A stretch of DNA of 63,748 nucleotides, filler included, from Licmophora abbreviata (Eukaryota): the NCBI GenBank assembly GCA_900291995.1. It is 18 parts of 18 records of this genome, joined end to end, with 100 filler letters (N's around TTAATTAATTAA, not from the genome) between each part and the next. Parts side by side here need not be neighbours in the genome. Positions count along the whole stretch, not along the records: positions 28,754 to 43,054 come from OLMU01001894.1; 17 more parts are not named here. One strand, 5' to 3'. The translations under genes were made by a program, and so were the position numbers. Below the pieces are notes generated by a model. The model was given only the letters and a program-made list of their open reading frames with translations. It ran no database searches and was not told where the DNA came from. The stretch's first letter is position 1; each line of letters begins with the position of its first letter. Positions 30,846-41,393 of the stretch are shown here, one piece after another.

Positions 30846-32321
30846 ATGGCCAAGGACAAGAAACAGCCCCGCCCCAAGGCCGAGACGCCCAAGGGCTTTC
30901 GAGATTACTTCGGCACCGAAGTGACCGAGCGCACGGAGATGTTGCGCAAGATTGCGGGCGTGTATCATCTTTATGGGTTCGAGGCGCTTGAATCGAGTGC
31001 CGTGGAAACCGTCGAGGCGTTGGGCAAGTTCCTGCCCGATGTGGACCGCCCGAATGAAGGCGTGTTCGCCTGGCAGGAGGACGAGGGGGATTGGCTGGCG
31101 CTGCGCTATGATCTGACGGCACCGCTGGCACGGGTCTATGCGCAACACCGCAATGATCTGCCGACGCCCTACAGGCGCTACGCGATGGGGCCTGTCTGGC
31201 GTAACGAAAAGCCGGGTCCGGGGCGGTTTCGTCAGTTTTATCAATGCGATGCGGATACGGTTGGCGCGCCTTCAGTGGCGGCTGATGCCGAGATCTGCGC
31301 GATGCTGGCGGACACTCTGGAACAGGTGGGCATCCCGCGCGGCGACTACATTGTGCGGGTGAACAACCGCAAGGTTCTCAATGGTGTGCTCGAGGTCATG
31401 GGGCTGGACGAGGGCGCGCAGCGCGATGCCGTCCTGCGCACCATCGACAAGTTCGACAAGGTGGGCGAAAGCGGTGTGCGCGAGTTGTTGGGCAAGGGGC
31501 GGCTGGATGCCTCGGGCGCCTATATCGACGGGGTCGGACTGAGCGACGAGCAGGCGGGGCCGGTGCTGGCGTTCCTCACGTCAAAGGCCGAGACTGCGGC
31601 GCGGACGCTTGACAATCTGCGCGCCGCCGTAGGGGAAAGCGCGATTGGTCTTGAGGGTGTGCAAGAGCTTGAAACCATTGCCGATCTTCTGGAGGCCCAA
31701 GGCTATGGCCCGGACCGGATCGTGATCGATCCATCGGTCGTGCGGGGGCTTGGATATTACACCGGGCCTGTGTTCGAGGCCGAGTTGACCTTTGAAATCC
31801 TTGATGAAAAAGGCCGCAAGCGGCAATTCGGTTCTGTTGCGGGGGGCGGGCGTTACGACGATCTGGTCAAGCGCTTCACAGGGCAAGCGGTGCCGGCGAC
31901 GGGGGTGTCCATCGGGGTGGACCGGCTCCTGGCGGCGCTGCGTGCAAAGGGCAGGATCGGCGGGACGGTGGAAGGTCCGGTGGTGGTGACCGTGATGGAC
32001 CGCGACCGGATGGCCGATTATCAACATATGGTGGGTGAATTGCGGCGCGCGGGTATCCGGGCGGAGGTGTATCTGGGCAATCCGAAAAACTTCGGAAACC
32101 AGATGAAATATGCCGACCGGCGCGGCGCGCCCATCGCGGTGATCGAGGGCGGCGACGAGAAAGAGCGCGGTGTCATCCAGATCAAGGACCTGATCCTCGG
32201 GGCGCAGATGGCCGAGAATGCGACCCTGGAGGAGTGGAAGGAACGGCCCAGCCAGTTCGAGGTTCCGCGCGCGCAACTTGTTGAAAAGGTGCGTGAAATT
32301 CTGGATGGGCAGGGGCAATGA
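30846..32321 (+). CDS. hisS: histidine--tRNA ligase
   Basis: [42 protein letters not shown]. Confidence 0.96.
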   Translation: MAKDKKQPRPKAETPKGFRDYFGTEVTERTEMLRKIAGVYHLYGFEALESSAVETVEALGKFLPDVDRPNEGVFAWQEDEGDWLALRYDLTAPLARVYAQHRNDLPTPYRRYAMGPVWRNEKPGPGRFRQFYQCDADTVGAPSVAADAEICAMLADTLEQVGIPRGDYIVRVNNRKVLNGVLEVMGLDEGAQRDAVLRTIDKFDKVGESGVRELLGKGRLDASGAYIDGVGLSDEQAGPVLAFLTSKAETAARTLDNLRAAVGESAIGLEGVQELETIADLLEAQGYGPDRIVIDPSVVRGLGYYTGPVFEAELTFEILDEKGRKRQFGSVAGGGRYDDLVKRFTGQAVPATGVSIGVDRLLAALRAKGRIGGTVEGPVVVTVMDRDRMADYQHMVGELRRAGIRAEVYLGNPKNFGNQMKYADRRGAPIAVIEGGDEKERGVIQIKDLILGAQMAENATLEEWKERPSQFEVPRAQLVEKVREILDGQGQ

Positions 32322-33403
32322 CCGACCGCGCCGCGATCCGGGCCGAGGCGGCGCGGCTGCGCGCGGTCTTCGAGGCCGAGGGCGCGCAGCCGGTGGAAAC
32401 GACGGTGCTGCAATCCGCCGAGGTCCTGCTTGATCTCTATGGCGAGGATATGCGGGCGCGGGCCTATGTGACGTCGGATGCGTTGCGCGGGGAGCAGATG
32501 CTCAGGCCGGATTTCACGGTGCCGGTGGTGCAGATGCATATGGCGCATGGGGCGGAACCGGCCTGTTATACCTATTCCGGGGAGGTTTTTCGGCGGCAGG
32601 AGGACGATCCCGACAGGGCCAACGAATATATGCAGGTCGGCTTCGAACTGTTTGACCGCACGGCGCCGGAGGCGGCGGACGCACGTGTTTTCTGCATTAT
32701 TTTCAAGGCGTTGGAGCCTTTGGGCCTGCGTGCGGCCACGGGTGATATCGGCCTCTTGATGGCGGCGGTGGGAGGCTTGCGGACCACCGAGGCGCGCAAG
32801 AAGGCGCTGTTGCGGCATGTCTGGAGGCCGAGACGGTTTCGGGCGTTGATGGATCGTTATTCAGGCCGGGTGCCGGTGCCGGAGAGCCGGGCGGCGCTGC
32901 TGGCCAAGGCGGAGCCGATGGCCGAGGCGGGGCCGATGATCGGATTGCGTAGCGAAGTGGAAATACTGAGCCGGATCAAAGCCTTGCAAGAAGATGCTCA
33001 GGTTGCGTCGATCTCGGATGACGAGGTGGCGCTGATCGATGCCATTCTGGCCGTGCGAGAAACGTCTGATAACGCCTTGGAAAGATTGCGAGATATCGCG
33101 GTTGACATGGGCGCGATCCAACCTGCGGTGGACCGGCTGGCGCGGCGTCTGGAGGCCATGGCGGGACGCGGTCTGGACATCACCAAGCTTGATTTCGAGG
33201 CCAGTTACGGGCGCACCAACATGGAATACTATGACGGCTTTGTCTTTGGATTCTATGCAGAAAAACGGCCTGACCTGCCGCCTGTGGCGACGGGTGGGCG
33301 CTATGACGCGCTGACCCGACAGCTGGGTCGCGGTCGGGAGATACCGGCGGTCGGCGGGGTGGTGCGGCCGGGGCTGGTGGTGGATCTGGGGGGGCTGTCA
33401 TGA
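32318..33403 (+). CDS. hisZ: ATP phosphoribosyltransferase regulatory subunit
   Basis: [24 protein letters not shown]; lies between hisS and hisG. Confidence 0.93.
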   Translation: MTDRAAIRAEAARLRAVFEAEGAQPVETTVLQSAEVLLDLYGEDMRARAYVTSDALRGEQMLRPDFTVPVVQMHMAHGAEPACYTYSGEVFRRQEDDPDRANEYMQVGFELFDRTAPEAADARVFCIIFKALEPLGLRAATGDIGLLMAAVGGLRTTEARKKALLRHVWRPRRFRALMDRYSGRVPVPESRAALLAKAEPMAEAGPMIGLRSEVEILSRIKALQEDAQVASISDDEVALIDAILAVRETSDNALERLRDIAVDMGAIQPAVDRLARRLEAMAGRGLDITKLDFEASYGRTNMEYYDGFVFGFYAEKRPDLPPVATGGRYDALTRQLGRGREIPAVGGVVRPGLVVDLGGLS

Positions 33404-34095
33404 GCCTCAAGCTGGGGGTGCCGTCCAAGGGGCGGCTGATGGAAAAAACCTTTGAATGGTTCGGCAAGCGCGGCATCGAGTTGGGCCGTGCGGGATCGGA
33501 TCGCGAATATGCGGGCTATGTCCAAGGCATTGATAATGTTGACCTTGTTCTCTTGTCCGCCGGGGAAATTCCAAGAGAGCTGGCCGCCGGGCGCATCCAT
33601 CTTGGGGTTACGGGCACCGATCTGGTGCGCGAGAAACTGGGCCAATGGGATAATCGGGTTGAGGAAATCGCGGAATTGGGCTTTGGTCAGGCCGATTTGG
33701 TACTGGCGGTGCCGGGCGCATGGGTCGATGTGAACACGCTGGACGATCTTGATGCAGTGGCTTCAGCATTCCGCGCAACCCACGGATTTCGTTTGAGAAT
33801 TGCCACGAAGTATCACCGGCTTGTGCGGGAGTTCCTGCGCGAGAACGGGGTGGCGGATTACCAGCTTGTGGACAGTCAGGGCGCCACGGAAGGCACGGTG
33901 AAGAACGAGACCGCCGAAGCGATTGCAGACATCACCTCGACCGGCGACACCTTGCGGGCTAACCATCTGAAAATATTGGAAGATGGGCTGATCCTGCGCA
34001 GTCAGGCGACGCTGTTTCGGGCGCGGCGCGTGCCGTTAAGCGACACGGATCGCAGCACGCTTGCGGAGCTGCTCAAGGGCCTGTCGCTCGACTGA
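33400..34095 (+). CDS. hisG: ATP phosphoribosyltransferase (short form)
   Basis: GVPSKGRL, LGVTGTD, RIATKY, GATEG, IADITSTGDTLRANHL. Confidence 0.95.
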   Translation: MSLKLGVPSKGRLMEKTFEWFGKRGIELGRAGSDREYAGYVQGIDNVDLVLLSAGEIPRELAAGRIHLGVTGTDLVREKLGQWDNRVEEIAELGFGQADLVLAVPGAWVDVNTLDDLDAVASAFRATHGFRLRIATKYHRLVREFLRENGVADYQLVDSQGATEGTVKNETAEAIADITSTGDTLRANHLKILEDGLILRSQATLFRARRVPLSDTDRSTLAELLKGLSLD

Positions 34096-34211
34096 CGTCA
34101 TGTCGTACGATCCGTACGAAACCTACGCGCCTTTGGGACGAAACCGGGACCGGATCGCGGGATTTGTGTCCATCCTGTACGCAATCGTTACAGTATAACA
34201 GAAGAGGACGG

Positions 34212-34285
34212 CAAAACGGGCGTGCCGGGGAGGGCACGCCCGTCATGGTCCGGAGGGAGGGACCATCGCGGGTCAGGGACCCGGA
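34212..34285 (-). ncRNA. three tandem hairpins with CCU-rich loops ending in a terminator (3'UTR/sRNA candidate)
   Basis: Minus strand: CGGGTC-CCT-GACCCG, ATGGTCC-CTCCCTCC-GGACCAT, ACGGGCGTGCC-(CTCCC-type loop)-GGCACGCCCGT-TTT. Confidence 0.5.
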
Positions 34286-34879
34286 TCAGAAGCGGAACGC
34301 ACCGCGCAGCTGAACGGTGGTGGCATCCACATCGGTCGTGGTCGAGTTGAAATTGTTGAACTCGTGATAGAGCACTTCGCCACCGAGCGAGATATTCTGG
34401 GTGACCATGTGCTCATAGCCCGCGCCGATGAAATAGCCGTCATCGTCACCGAGCGTGCTGGTGTCGGCCTGCGCCCAGCCACCTGTGCCATAGAGCAACC
34501 CGTTGCCGATCTTGTAGCCGCCGCGCGCCTTGACGCGGAACACGTTCTCGAGCGTGGGATTGCCCGCGCCAAGACCGATATCGGCCCAGTCATAATCCAG
34601 ACCGCCGCCGACGACCCATTGGCCGAAATCGTAATCATAGCCCGCGATCAGGCCGCCGATCACATCGTCGCCGCTGACGCCGGGCAGATTGGTGTCGACA
34701 TTGCCCCAGCCGATCTGACCGCCGACATACGGCCCGGTCCAGTCGGGGCTGGAGGGGGCGGGCGGCAGCGCCGGTGTGGCGATGACCGGATCGGGGGCCG
34801 GCGCGGTGGCGGACCCGGCGAGGGCCGGACCTGCGGCGAGGGCCAGTGCGGCCAATAGAGTGGAACCTTGTTTCAACAT
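34286..34879 (-). CDS. outer-membrane beta-barrel (porin/Omp25-like) protein
   Basis: Signal peptide; DWTGPYVGGQIGW; C-terminal aromatic (FRF). Confidence 0.88.
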   Translation of the reverse strand: MLKQGSTLLAALALAAGPALAGSATAPAPDPVIATPALPPAPSSPDWTGPYVGGQIGWGNVDTNLPGVSGDDVIGGLIAGYDYDFGQWVVGGGLDYDWADIGLGAGNPTLENVFRVKARGGYKIGNGLLYGTGGWAQADTSTLGDDDGYFIGAGYEHMVTQNISLGGEVLYHEFNNFNSTTTDVDATTVQLRGAFRF

Positions 34880-35157
34880 CGCTCAAACCTCTTTCTTGTC
34901 ATGTCGATCTCCGCGCGGTCATGCGGATGGACCTTGTCGAAACCTTCGGGCCGGGAAGGACCCGAAGATGCCCGGATGCAGGATCTGCCTGCTTGGGTAC
35001 AAGAGAGGTGGGCCGGTTGCGCAGCACGATCAACCGATGCGCGCGCGGGCAGCATGTTCCTGCCCGTTTACGCCGGGTGATGCGCTGAAAAATGCCGGTT
35101 TTCAGAGGAAATTAGCCCAAAAGCCGGGCGAGCGGTCAAAACCCCGTGAGGCGCGCG

Positions 35158-35586
35158 TCAGATGACGCCGATATCGGCCAAGGCCGCCGAAAGCTCGGGC
35201 GGGAGGCTGTCTTCGTTCTGGCGGTGGGCGGCCAGATCGGCGGGCGCATCGGCGGGCTGCAGGTAGCGCCAGCCCTGAAACGGGCGCTTGGGCGCGGTCG
35301 TGGTGCGCACGATTTCGGGGTCGAGGACAAAGGCGCAGCGGCGAATGCCGTCGGCGCCGGTGACCTCATCGAAGCGCAGGATGCGCTGGCGGCATTGCAC
35401 GAGGCCTTGGACGACCCAATAGATCGAGCCGCCGTCCAGCACCTCGTCGGCGCGTTTGGGCCACATGCGGGTGATGTGGCGCGGCTGGCCGTCGGGGCCG
35501 CGCGCGGGGGCCGAGGCCTGCCAGCGCATCAGGCTTTCGACGCTGTCGGAGCCGACGCTGAGCTTGATGAGATGCAGTTTGGCCAT
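35158..35586 (-). CDS. DUF1489 family protein
   Basis: LHLIKLSVG, HITRMWPKR, GGSIYWV, RPFQGWRYL. Confidence 0.88.
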   Translation of the reverse strand: MAKLHLIKLSVGSDSVESLMRWQASAPARGPDGQPRHITRMWPKRADEVLDGGSIYWVVQGLVQCRQRILRFDEVTGADGIRRCAFVLDPEIVRTTTAPKRPFQGWRYLQPADAPADLAAHRQNEDSLPPELSAALADIGVI

Positions 35587-35610
35587 GTGGTGCGATTCCC
35601 CCCGAACAGG

Positions 35611-35654
35611 CCACATAGGGTAGTGGAAATGCGGAGGGCTTCAAGCTATTGTGT
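35611..35654. promoter_or_regulatory. possible tandem NrdR boxes
   Basis: CCACATAGGGTAGTGG and CTTCAAGCTATTGTGT upstream of nrdJ; only partial match to the CACwA...TwGTG consensus. Confidence 0.4.
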
Positions 35655-35683
35655 TCCTTCCCGAGCTGCCGAGGAGTCGCGCC

Positions 35684-37963
35684 ATGTCCCGTTTCACCGC
35701 CCCCATCGCCCAATCCATCTGGGACATGAAGTATCGCCTGAAAGAGGCGGATGGCACGCCCATCGACCAGAGCGTCGAGGATACATGGCGCCGAATCGCA
35801 AGGGCGCTCGCAGCGGTCGAGGATGATCCCAAAACGTGGGAAGAGCGGTTCTATGCGGCGCTGGAGGATTTCAAATACTTGCCCGCGGGGCGGATCACCG
35901 CAGGGGCGGGCACCGGGCGCGGTGTCACGCTGTTCAACTGTTTCGTGATGGGGACGATCCCGGATGACATGGGCGGGATCTTCGAGATGCTGAAGGAAGC
36001 CGCGCTGACCATGCAGCAGGGTGGCGGGATCGGCTATGATTTCAGCACGATCCGGCCCAAGGGCGCCGAGGTGAAAAGCGTGGCGGCCGATGCCAGCGGG
36101 CCGCTCAGCTTCATGGATGTGTGGGATGCGATGTGCCGGACCATCATGAGCGCGGGCAGCCGGCGCGGTGCGATGATGGCGACGATGCGCTGCGACCATC
36201 CCGATATCGAGGATTTCATCGCCGCCAAGGCGGATGCCGCACGGCTGCGGATGTTCAACCTGTCGGTGCTGGTGACGGATGATTTCATGGAGGCGGTCAA
36301 GGCGGACGGGCCGTGGGAGCTGGAGTTCGGCGGCAAGGTCTTCAAGACGGTGCAGGCGCGCGACCTGTGGAACCGGATCATGCAGGCGACCTATGATTAC
36401 GCTGAGCCTGGGGTGATTTTCATTGACCGGATCAACGCGGCCAACAACCTGAATTACTGCGAGACGATTTCGGCCACCAATCCGTGCGGCGAGCAGCCCT
36501 TGCCGCCCTATGGCGCCTGTCTGCTGGGGTCGATCAACATGGCGCGGCTGGTGACGGACCCGTTCGGGGAAGGGGCCGCACTGGACGAGGCGGCGCTGGA
36601 CGATCTGGTGGCCGTGGCGGTGCGGATGATGGACAATGTGGTGGATGCCAGCCGCTTTCCGCTGGAGGCGCAGGCCCGCGAGGCCGAGGCCAAGCGGCGG
36701 ATCGGGCTGGGGGTCACCGGGCTGGCGGATGCGCTGTTGATGGTCGGGCTGCGCTATGGCAGCGACGAGGCGGTGGCGCAGACCGAGGCGTGGCTGCATC
36801 AGATCGCGCGCGCGGCATACCTCGCGAGTGTGGAGCTGGCGCGCGAGAAGGGGCCGTTTCCGTTGTTCGATGCGGGGGCGTTCCTGGCGTCGGGGAATAT
36901 GCGCGGGATGGATGCGGATGTGCGCGAGGCGATCGCCGAGCATGGCATTCGCAACGCGCTGTTGACCTCGATCGCACCGACGGGAACCATCAGCCTTTAT
37001 GCGGGCAATGTGAGTTCGGGGATCGAGCCGGTCTTTGCCTATTCCTATACCCGCAAGGTGTTGCAGAAGGATGGCAGCCGCACCGAGGAGGAGGTGGTGG
37101 ACTATGCCGTGCAGATGTGGCGCGAAAAGTTCGGCGATGCCGAGCTGCCCGGCTATTTCGTGAATGCGCAGACGCTGGCGCCCGAAGATCACGTCAAGAT
37201 GCAGGCCGCCGCACAGCGTTGGGTGGACAGCAGTATCTCGAAGACGATCAACTGCCCCGCCGATATCGGGTTCGAGGCGTTCAAGGATGTCTACATGCAG
37301 GCCTATGAGACGGGCTGCAAGGGCTGCACCACCTATCGGCCCAATGACGTCACGGGCAGCGTGCTGAGCGTGTCGGAGACCAGCGACGCGGCCCCCGGAG
37401 AGGCCGGCGCGCAGATGCCCCAGGAGGGCGGCGAGATCGTCTATATGTCAGAGCCGCTGGACCGGCCCACGGAGCTTGAGGGGGCGACCTACAAGCTGAA
37501 ATGGCCCGACAGCAACCATGCGATCTATATCACGGTGAACGATATCGTGCTGCACGGGCACAGGCGGCCCTTCGAGGTGTTCATCAACTCGAAGAACATG
37601 GAGCATTTCGCCTGGACCGTGGCGCTGACGCGGATGATCTCGGCGGTGTTCCGGCGGGGTGGCGACGTGAGTTTCGTGGTCGAGGAGCTGAAAGCGGTGT
37701 TCGATCCGCGCGGCGGCGCGTGGATGCAGGGCAAGTACATCCCGTCGATCCTGGCGGCGATCGGGGGGATCCTCGAGCAGCACATGATCTCGATCGGGTT
37801 TCTGGAGGGCGAGGGGCTTGGGCTGAAGTCGGACCCGACGCAAACGGTGGTCAATTTCGACGCACCGCGCGGACCGAGCTGCCCGTCCTGTGGCGGCTAT
37901 GACATGCGGATGATCGAGGGCTGCATGACCTGCGCCAGCTGCGGGCATTCGAAATGCGGGTGA
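35684..37963 (+). CDS. nrdJ: adenosylcobalamin-dependent (class II) ribonucleotide reductase
   Basis: LFNCFV, QGGGIG, RRGAMM, TNPCGEQPL, ACLLGSIN, IAPTGTIS; C-terminal TSCPD domain with CxxC..CxxC. Confidence 0.95.
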   Translation: MSRFTAPIAQSIWDMKYRLKEADGTPIDQSVEDTWRRIARALAAVEDDPKTWEERFYAALEDFKYLPAGRITAGAGTGRGVTLFNCFVMGTIPDDMGGIFEMLKEAALTMQQGGGIGYDFSTIRPKGAEVKSVAADASGPLSFMDVWDAMCRTIMSAGSRRGAMMATMRCDHPDIEDFIAAKADAARLRMFNLSVLVTDDFMEAVKADGPWELEFGGKVFKTVQARDLWNRIMQATYDYAEPGVIFIDRINAANNLNYCETISATNPCGEQPLPPYGACLLGSINMARLVTDPFGEGAALDEAALDDLVAVAVRMMDNVVDASRFPLEAQAREAEAKRRIGLGVTGLADALLMVGLRYGSDEAVAQTEAWLHQIARAAYLASVELAREKGPFPLFDAGAFLASGNMRGMDADVREAIAEHGIRNALLTSIAPTGTISLYAGNVSSGIEPVFAYSYTRKVLQKDGSRTEEEVVDYAVQMWREKFGDAELPGYFVNAQTLAPEDHVKMQAAAQRWVDSSISKTINCPADIGFEAFKDVYMQAYETGCKGCTTYRPNDVTGSVLSVSETSDAAPGEAGAQMPQEGGEIVYMSEPLDRPTELEGATYKLKWPDSNHAIYITVNDIVLHGHRRPFEVFINSKNMEHFAWTVALTRMISAVFRRGGDVSFVVEELKAVFDPRGGAWMQGKYIPSILAAIGGILEQHMISIGFLEGEGLGLKSDPTQTVVNFDAPRGPSCPSCGGYDMRMIEGCMTCASCGHSKCG

Positions 37964-38155
37964 GCCGGGGCTGAGGCCGGGGGTGAGGCGGAGGCGCGGT
38001 TTCGCGGTCCTGCGCGCTTGAGAACCTGAGAAGACGGCAACGCCGCTGGCGCGGCGCGGGCCGGCGCGAGCCCCGATGACCCGGCGCGGGCTTGACATGA
38101 GAGCACTGAGCGGGAAGGCTGGAGGGATATTCAGACAAGATATTCAAGGCAAGAC

Positions 38156-40366
38156 ATGATTTTACGCGGCCCTTCTTTCGCATTCGCATTGTCCATCGGC
38201 ATGATCCCGGCTGCGGCATGGGCCGATTGCGCCCCCAATCCGTTCGATCCAAGTGCGGTCCTGTGCGCCGGGGTCGATAGCGACGGGTTCGCCTCTGCGT
38301 TGGGCCATGTCACCGTGAGTATTTTGGGAACGGTGATATCGACAACGGATGCGCTGTGGCTGACCGGGGTCGCGCCGACCATCCTCAACCAAGGGGAAGT
38401 CACTGGCGTGCAAAGGGGTGTGGTGGCGCCCCTGCAGGCGGTCATCCGGAATACCGGCAGCATCCTGGGGCAGAGCGCGGCGGCGGTCGATGTGGCGCAA
38501 GGCGCCACGATCACCAACATCTCCGGCGCGATGATCGCGAGCCTGTCGGGGCAGGCGATTGTCGCGGGCACGGGGCTGACCCTGACCAATCAAGGGGTTC
38601 TGTCCTCTGCCGGAAGCGCGGCGACGGTGGCGGGTGGCGTCTCGGCCAAGGTGATGAACATGGCGGGCGGCGAGATCCTGTCGGTGGACGGGACGGCGCT
38701 CGAGGCGGGCCTCAGCCTCGAGTTGACCAATTCCGGCGCGCGCATCAGGGCCGGGGCCAATGGCGATGCCGTCACCGCCGACACAGGCTATGCGATCCGC
38801 AACGATGTGGGCGCCGAGATCAGCGCGGTCACTGGCGATGCGATTTCGGTGCGTGGCGAGGGGACGATCACCAATCTGACGGGGGCGCAGATCGCATCGC
38901 TGCAAGGTGCTGCCATCCGCGCGGCGGATGGGGCGTTTGTCGCCAATACCGCGGCCACGATCCGGGCGACGGGACAGGCCGCGACGATCAGCGGCTTGAG
39001 CCGTCTTACCGTGCGCAATGCGGGCGAGGGACGGATCACCGCGCTGAGCGGGTCCGCGATCGAGGCAGGGGTCGGGCTGTCGCTGAGCAATGGGCCGCTA
39101 TCGGTGATCGAGAGCCAGGTCGGTCTTGGCGTGGATGCGGGACTATCGGGGGTCGTGTCGAATTTCGGCACGATCTCGGGAGGCATGGGCGGTGTTGCGC
39201 TGGGCGCAGGCTCGAGGCTGCGCAACGAGACCACCGGGTCGATCCGGAGCGCCGGGGGGCCTGCCGTGTCGGGGCGGGGCGCGGTGGAGATCCGCAACGC
39301 GGCAGGGGCCGGGATCATCGCAAGCGGAAGCGCGCCGGCCGTGGCGCTGCAGGCCGCGACCGGATCGCGGCTGCGCAACGAGGGCCAAATCGAGGGCCGG
39401 TCGGGCGATGCGGTGGAGATCGAGGGTCTTGATGCGATCCGCGTCGAGAACGGGATCGCCGGGGAGATCCGCAGCGTGACCGGAACCGCGATCGTGATCG
39501 ATGCGCATGCGGCGCGTGTCGAGAATGAGGGGATCATCCGGGGCGAGGCCGGTGGGATCCGGCACAGCGGCGGTGTCCGGCTCGATGTGGTCAACCGGGC
39601 CGGGGGGCGCATCGAGAGCGCGTCGGGCACGGCGCTCGAGGTGGTCGAGGGACAGGTGGAGACTGAGCGCAACACGGATATCTCGGGCTGGAGCTTCGGG
39701 CTGAGCATCGCCAGCGGGCGGGTGCGGAATGACGGGCGCATCGAGGCCCGGGCGGAGCGCAGCGGAGGTGCCGCCCTGCATGTCGCGGCCTCGGGCAGGG
39801 ATCTTTTTCTGGGCAATGGCGGGGATATCCGGGGATATGCCGGGATCGTTTTTGATGAGCGCAACACGGCGCATCAGCAGGTCGAGAATGCGGGCCGGAT
39901 CGAGGGCACGGGCGGCACGGCGATCCGCTTCGGGCAGGGGCATATGCGCAGCACCGTGAGCCTGCTCGATGACAGTGAGATCGTGGGGGATGTGCTGTTC
40001 GGGGCGTCGGACGATTTCCTCACTATCTTCGATATCGCCTCGGGCAGTTTGATCCGGAACGGCATTTTCGACGGCGGCGCGGGGCGCGATACGCTGACAT
40101 TCGCGACGAGCTATGATTGGGAGGATATCCTGAAGGTCGATCTGCTGGATGAGACCGCCTTCGGGATCACCGTTCGGGCGCAGGACGGCGCGTCCCTGTT
40201 CGGGGAGTTCCGGAATTTCGAGCGGTTTGTGATTGCCGGCACGGCGCGAAGCGGTGCGGAGTTGCGCGAGGCCTTTATCGCGCCGGTGCCGCTTCCGGCA
40301 GGCTTGCCGATGCTGGCGGCGGGGATCGGGCTGATCTTCGGGCTGCGCCGGATAAGGCGGTCTTGA
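38156..40366 (+). CDS. large secreted VPLPA-CTERM protein with autotransporter-passenger-like repeats
   Basis: Signal peptide; many N-x-G-x-I repeats; C-terminus APVPLPAGLPMLAAGIGLIFGLRRIRRS. Confidence 0.85.
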   Translation: MILRGPSFAFALSIGMIPAAAWADCAPNPFDPSAVLCAGVDSDGFASALGHVTVSILGTVISTTDALWLTGVAPTILNQGEVTGVQRGVVAPLQAVIRNTGSILGQSAAAVDVAQGATITNISGAMIASLSGQAIVAGTGLTLTNQGVLSSAGSAATVAGGVSAKVMNMAGGEILSVDGTALEAGLSLELTNSGARIRAGANGDAVTADTGYAIRNDVGAEISAVTGDAISVRGEGTITNLTGAQIASLQGAAIRAADGAFVANTAATIRATGQAATISGLSRLTVRNAGEGRITALSGSAIEAGVGLSLSNGPLSVIESQVGLGVDAGLSGVVSNFGTISGGMGGVALGAGSRLRNETTGSIRSAGGPAVSGRGAVEIRNAAGAGIIASGSAPAVALQAATGSRLRNEGQIEGRSGDAVEIEGLDAIRVENGIAGEIRSVTGTAIVIDAHAARVENEGIIRGEAGGIRHSGGVRLDVVNRAGGRIESASGTALEVVEGQVETERNTDISGWSFGLSIASGRVRNDGRIEARAERSGGAALHVAASGRDLFLGNGGDIRGYAGIVFDERNTAHQQVENAGRIEGTGGTAIRFGQGHMRSTVSLLDDSEIVGDVLFGASDDFLTIFDIASGSLIRNGIFDGGAGRDTLTFATSYDWEDILKVDLLDETAFGITVRAQDGASLFGEFRNFERFVIAGTARSGAELREAFIAPVPLPAGLPMLAAGIGLIFGLRRIRRS

Positions 40367-40415
40367 GCGGGAAAGGCGGCGGGCGATGTGTTCGGCGCGA
40401 CCCTCCCGCAGGCGA

Positions 40416-41225
40416 TCAGGCGGGATCGGACGACCCCAAGCCGCCTGAGCGGTAGGGCTGGAACGACGGCGAGATGGCGTTGGCGGTGTCCTGAAGCGCG
40501 GGCAGGATGTGCTGCTCGATCTTTTCGCGGCTCCAGGTATGGGCGGACACCGAGCATTGAACGGCAGCATGCGCGCGGCCGTCATGGCCGATGATCGGAG
40601 AGGCGACGCCGATTTCGTTGAGGATCATCTGACCCGTGGAGATCGCGAATCCGTCATGCACCGCCTGTTCGACACTGCGCCGGATTTCGGCGCGGTCGGT
40701 GGTGGTGCCGGGGGTGAAGACCTTGATCGGCCAGCTGTCGATCGCGGCGTTGCGTTCATGTTCGGGATAGGTGGAGAGAATCGCCCGGCCCGCTGATGTC
40801 GAGAGCGCGGGCAGGCGGCGCCCGATGATCGTGGCCGCGAAATAGGTGCGTTTGCAGGGCAGGCGGCTGACATAGACGATGTGATCGCCGGACATTTCGG
40901 CGAGGTTCACCGTCTCGCCCAGCTCCTGCGCGAGGTCGATCAGCTTGGGGATCGCCTGCCCGACCAGAGGATCGGACCAGTAATAGGCATAGGCCAGTTG
41001 CAGCCAGGCGTGAGAGGGGCGGAAGCGGCGCGTGTCGGGGTCCTTGTCGAGCATCCCCTCCATGTGGAGCGTGTTGGCCAGACGCTGGGTCGCGCTTTTG
41101 TCGAGACCGCTGCGCTGGGCCAGTTCGGACAAGGACAGCTCGGTATTGCCCTCGTCGAAGGCGCGCAGGAGGCGCAGTCCCTTGGCAAGCGACGCGACGT
41201 AGAGCGTGTTCTGTTTCGAGTCCAT
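40416..41225 (-). CDS. IclR-family transcriptional regulator
   Basis: SLAKGLRLLRAF...LSLSELAQRSGLDKSATQRL; GETVNL; TSAGRAIL. Confidence 0.92.
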   Translation of the reverse strand: MDSKQNTLYVASLAKGLRLLRAFDEGNTELSLSELAQRSGLDKSATQRLANTLHMEGMLDKDPDTRRFRPSHAWLQLAYAYYWSDPLVGQAIPKLIDLAQELGETVNLAEMSGDHIVYVSRLPCKRTYFAATIIGRRLPALSTSAGRAILSTYPEHERNAAIDSWPIKVFTPGTTTDRAEIRRSVEQAVHDGFAISTGQMILNEIGVASPIIGHDGRAHAAVQCSVSAHTWSREKIEQHILPALQDTANAISPSFQPYRSGGLGSSDPA

Positions 41226-41265
41226 GGATCTGCCCTGTGTTTGCGCGCGCGGCGGAGGAAAGGGG

Positions 41266-41330
41266 TTGACGCTCAGCCGCGGTTTCGCATTATGGATCAT
41301 ATATAAGTTTTAAGTATCATATTATGATAC
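41266..41330 (+). promoter_or_regulatory. sigma70-like promoter plus palindromic operator upstream of the ABC operon
   Basis: TTGACG-16 nt-CATTAT; perfect inverted repeat GTATCATA-T-TATGATAC at 41314-41330. Confidence 0.6.
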
Positions 41331-41393
41331 GACGTCAAGATGTAAACCGGGCGAACGCAACATGACGGATCGTCCTTTCACGCAAGGGAGACA

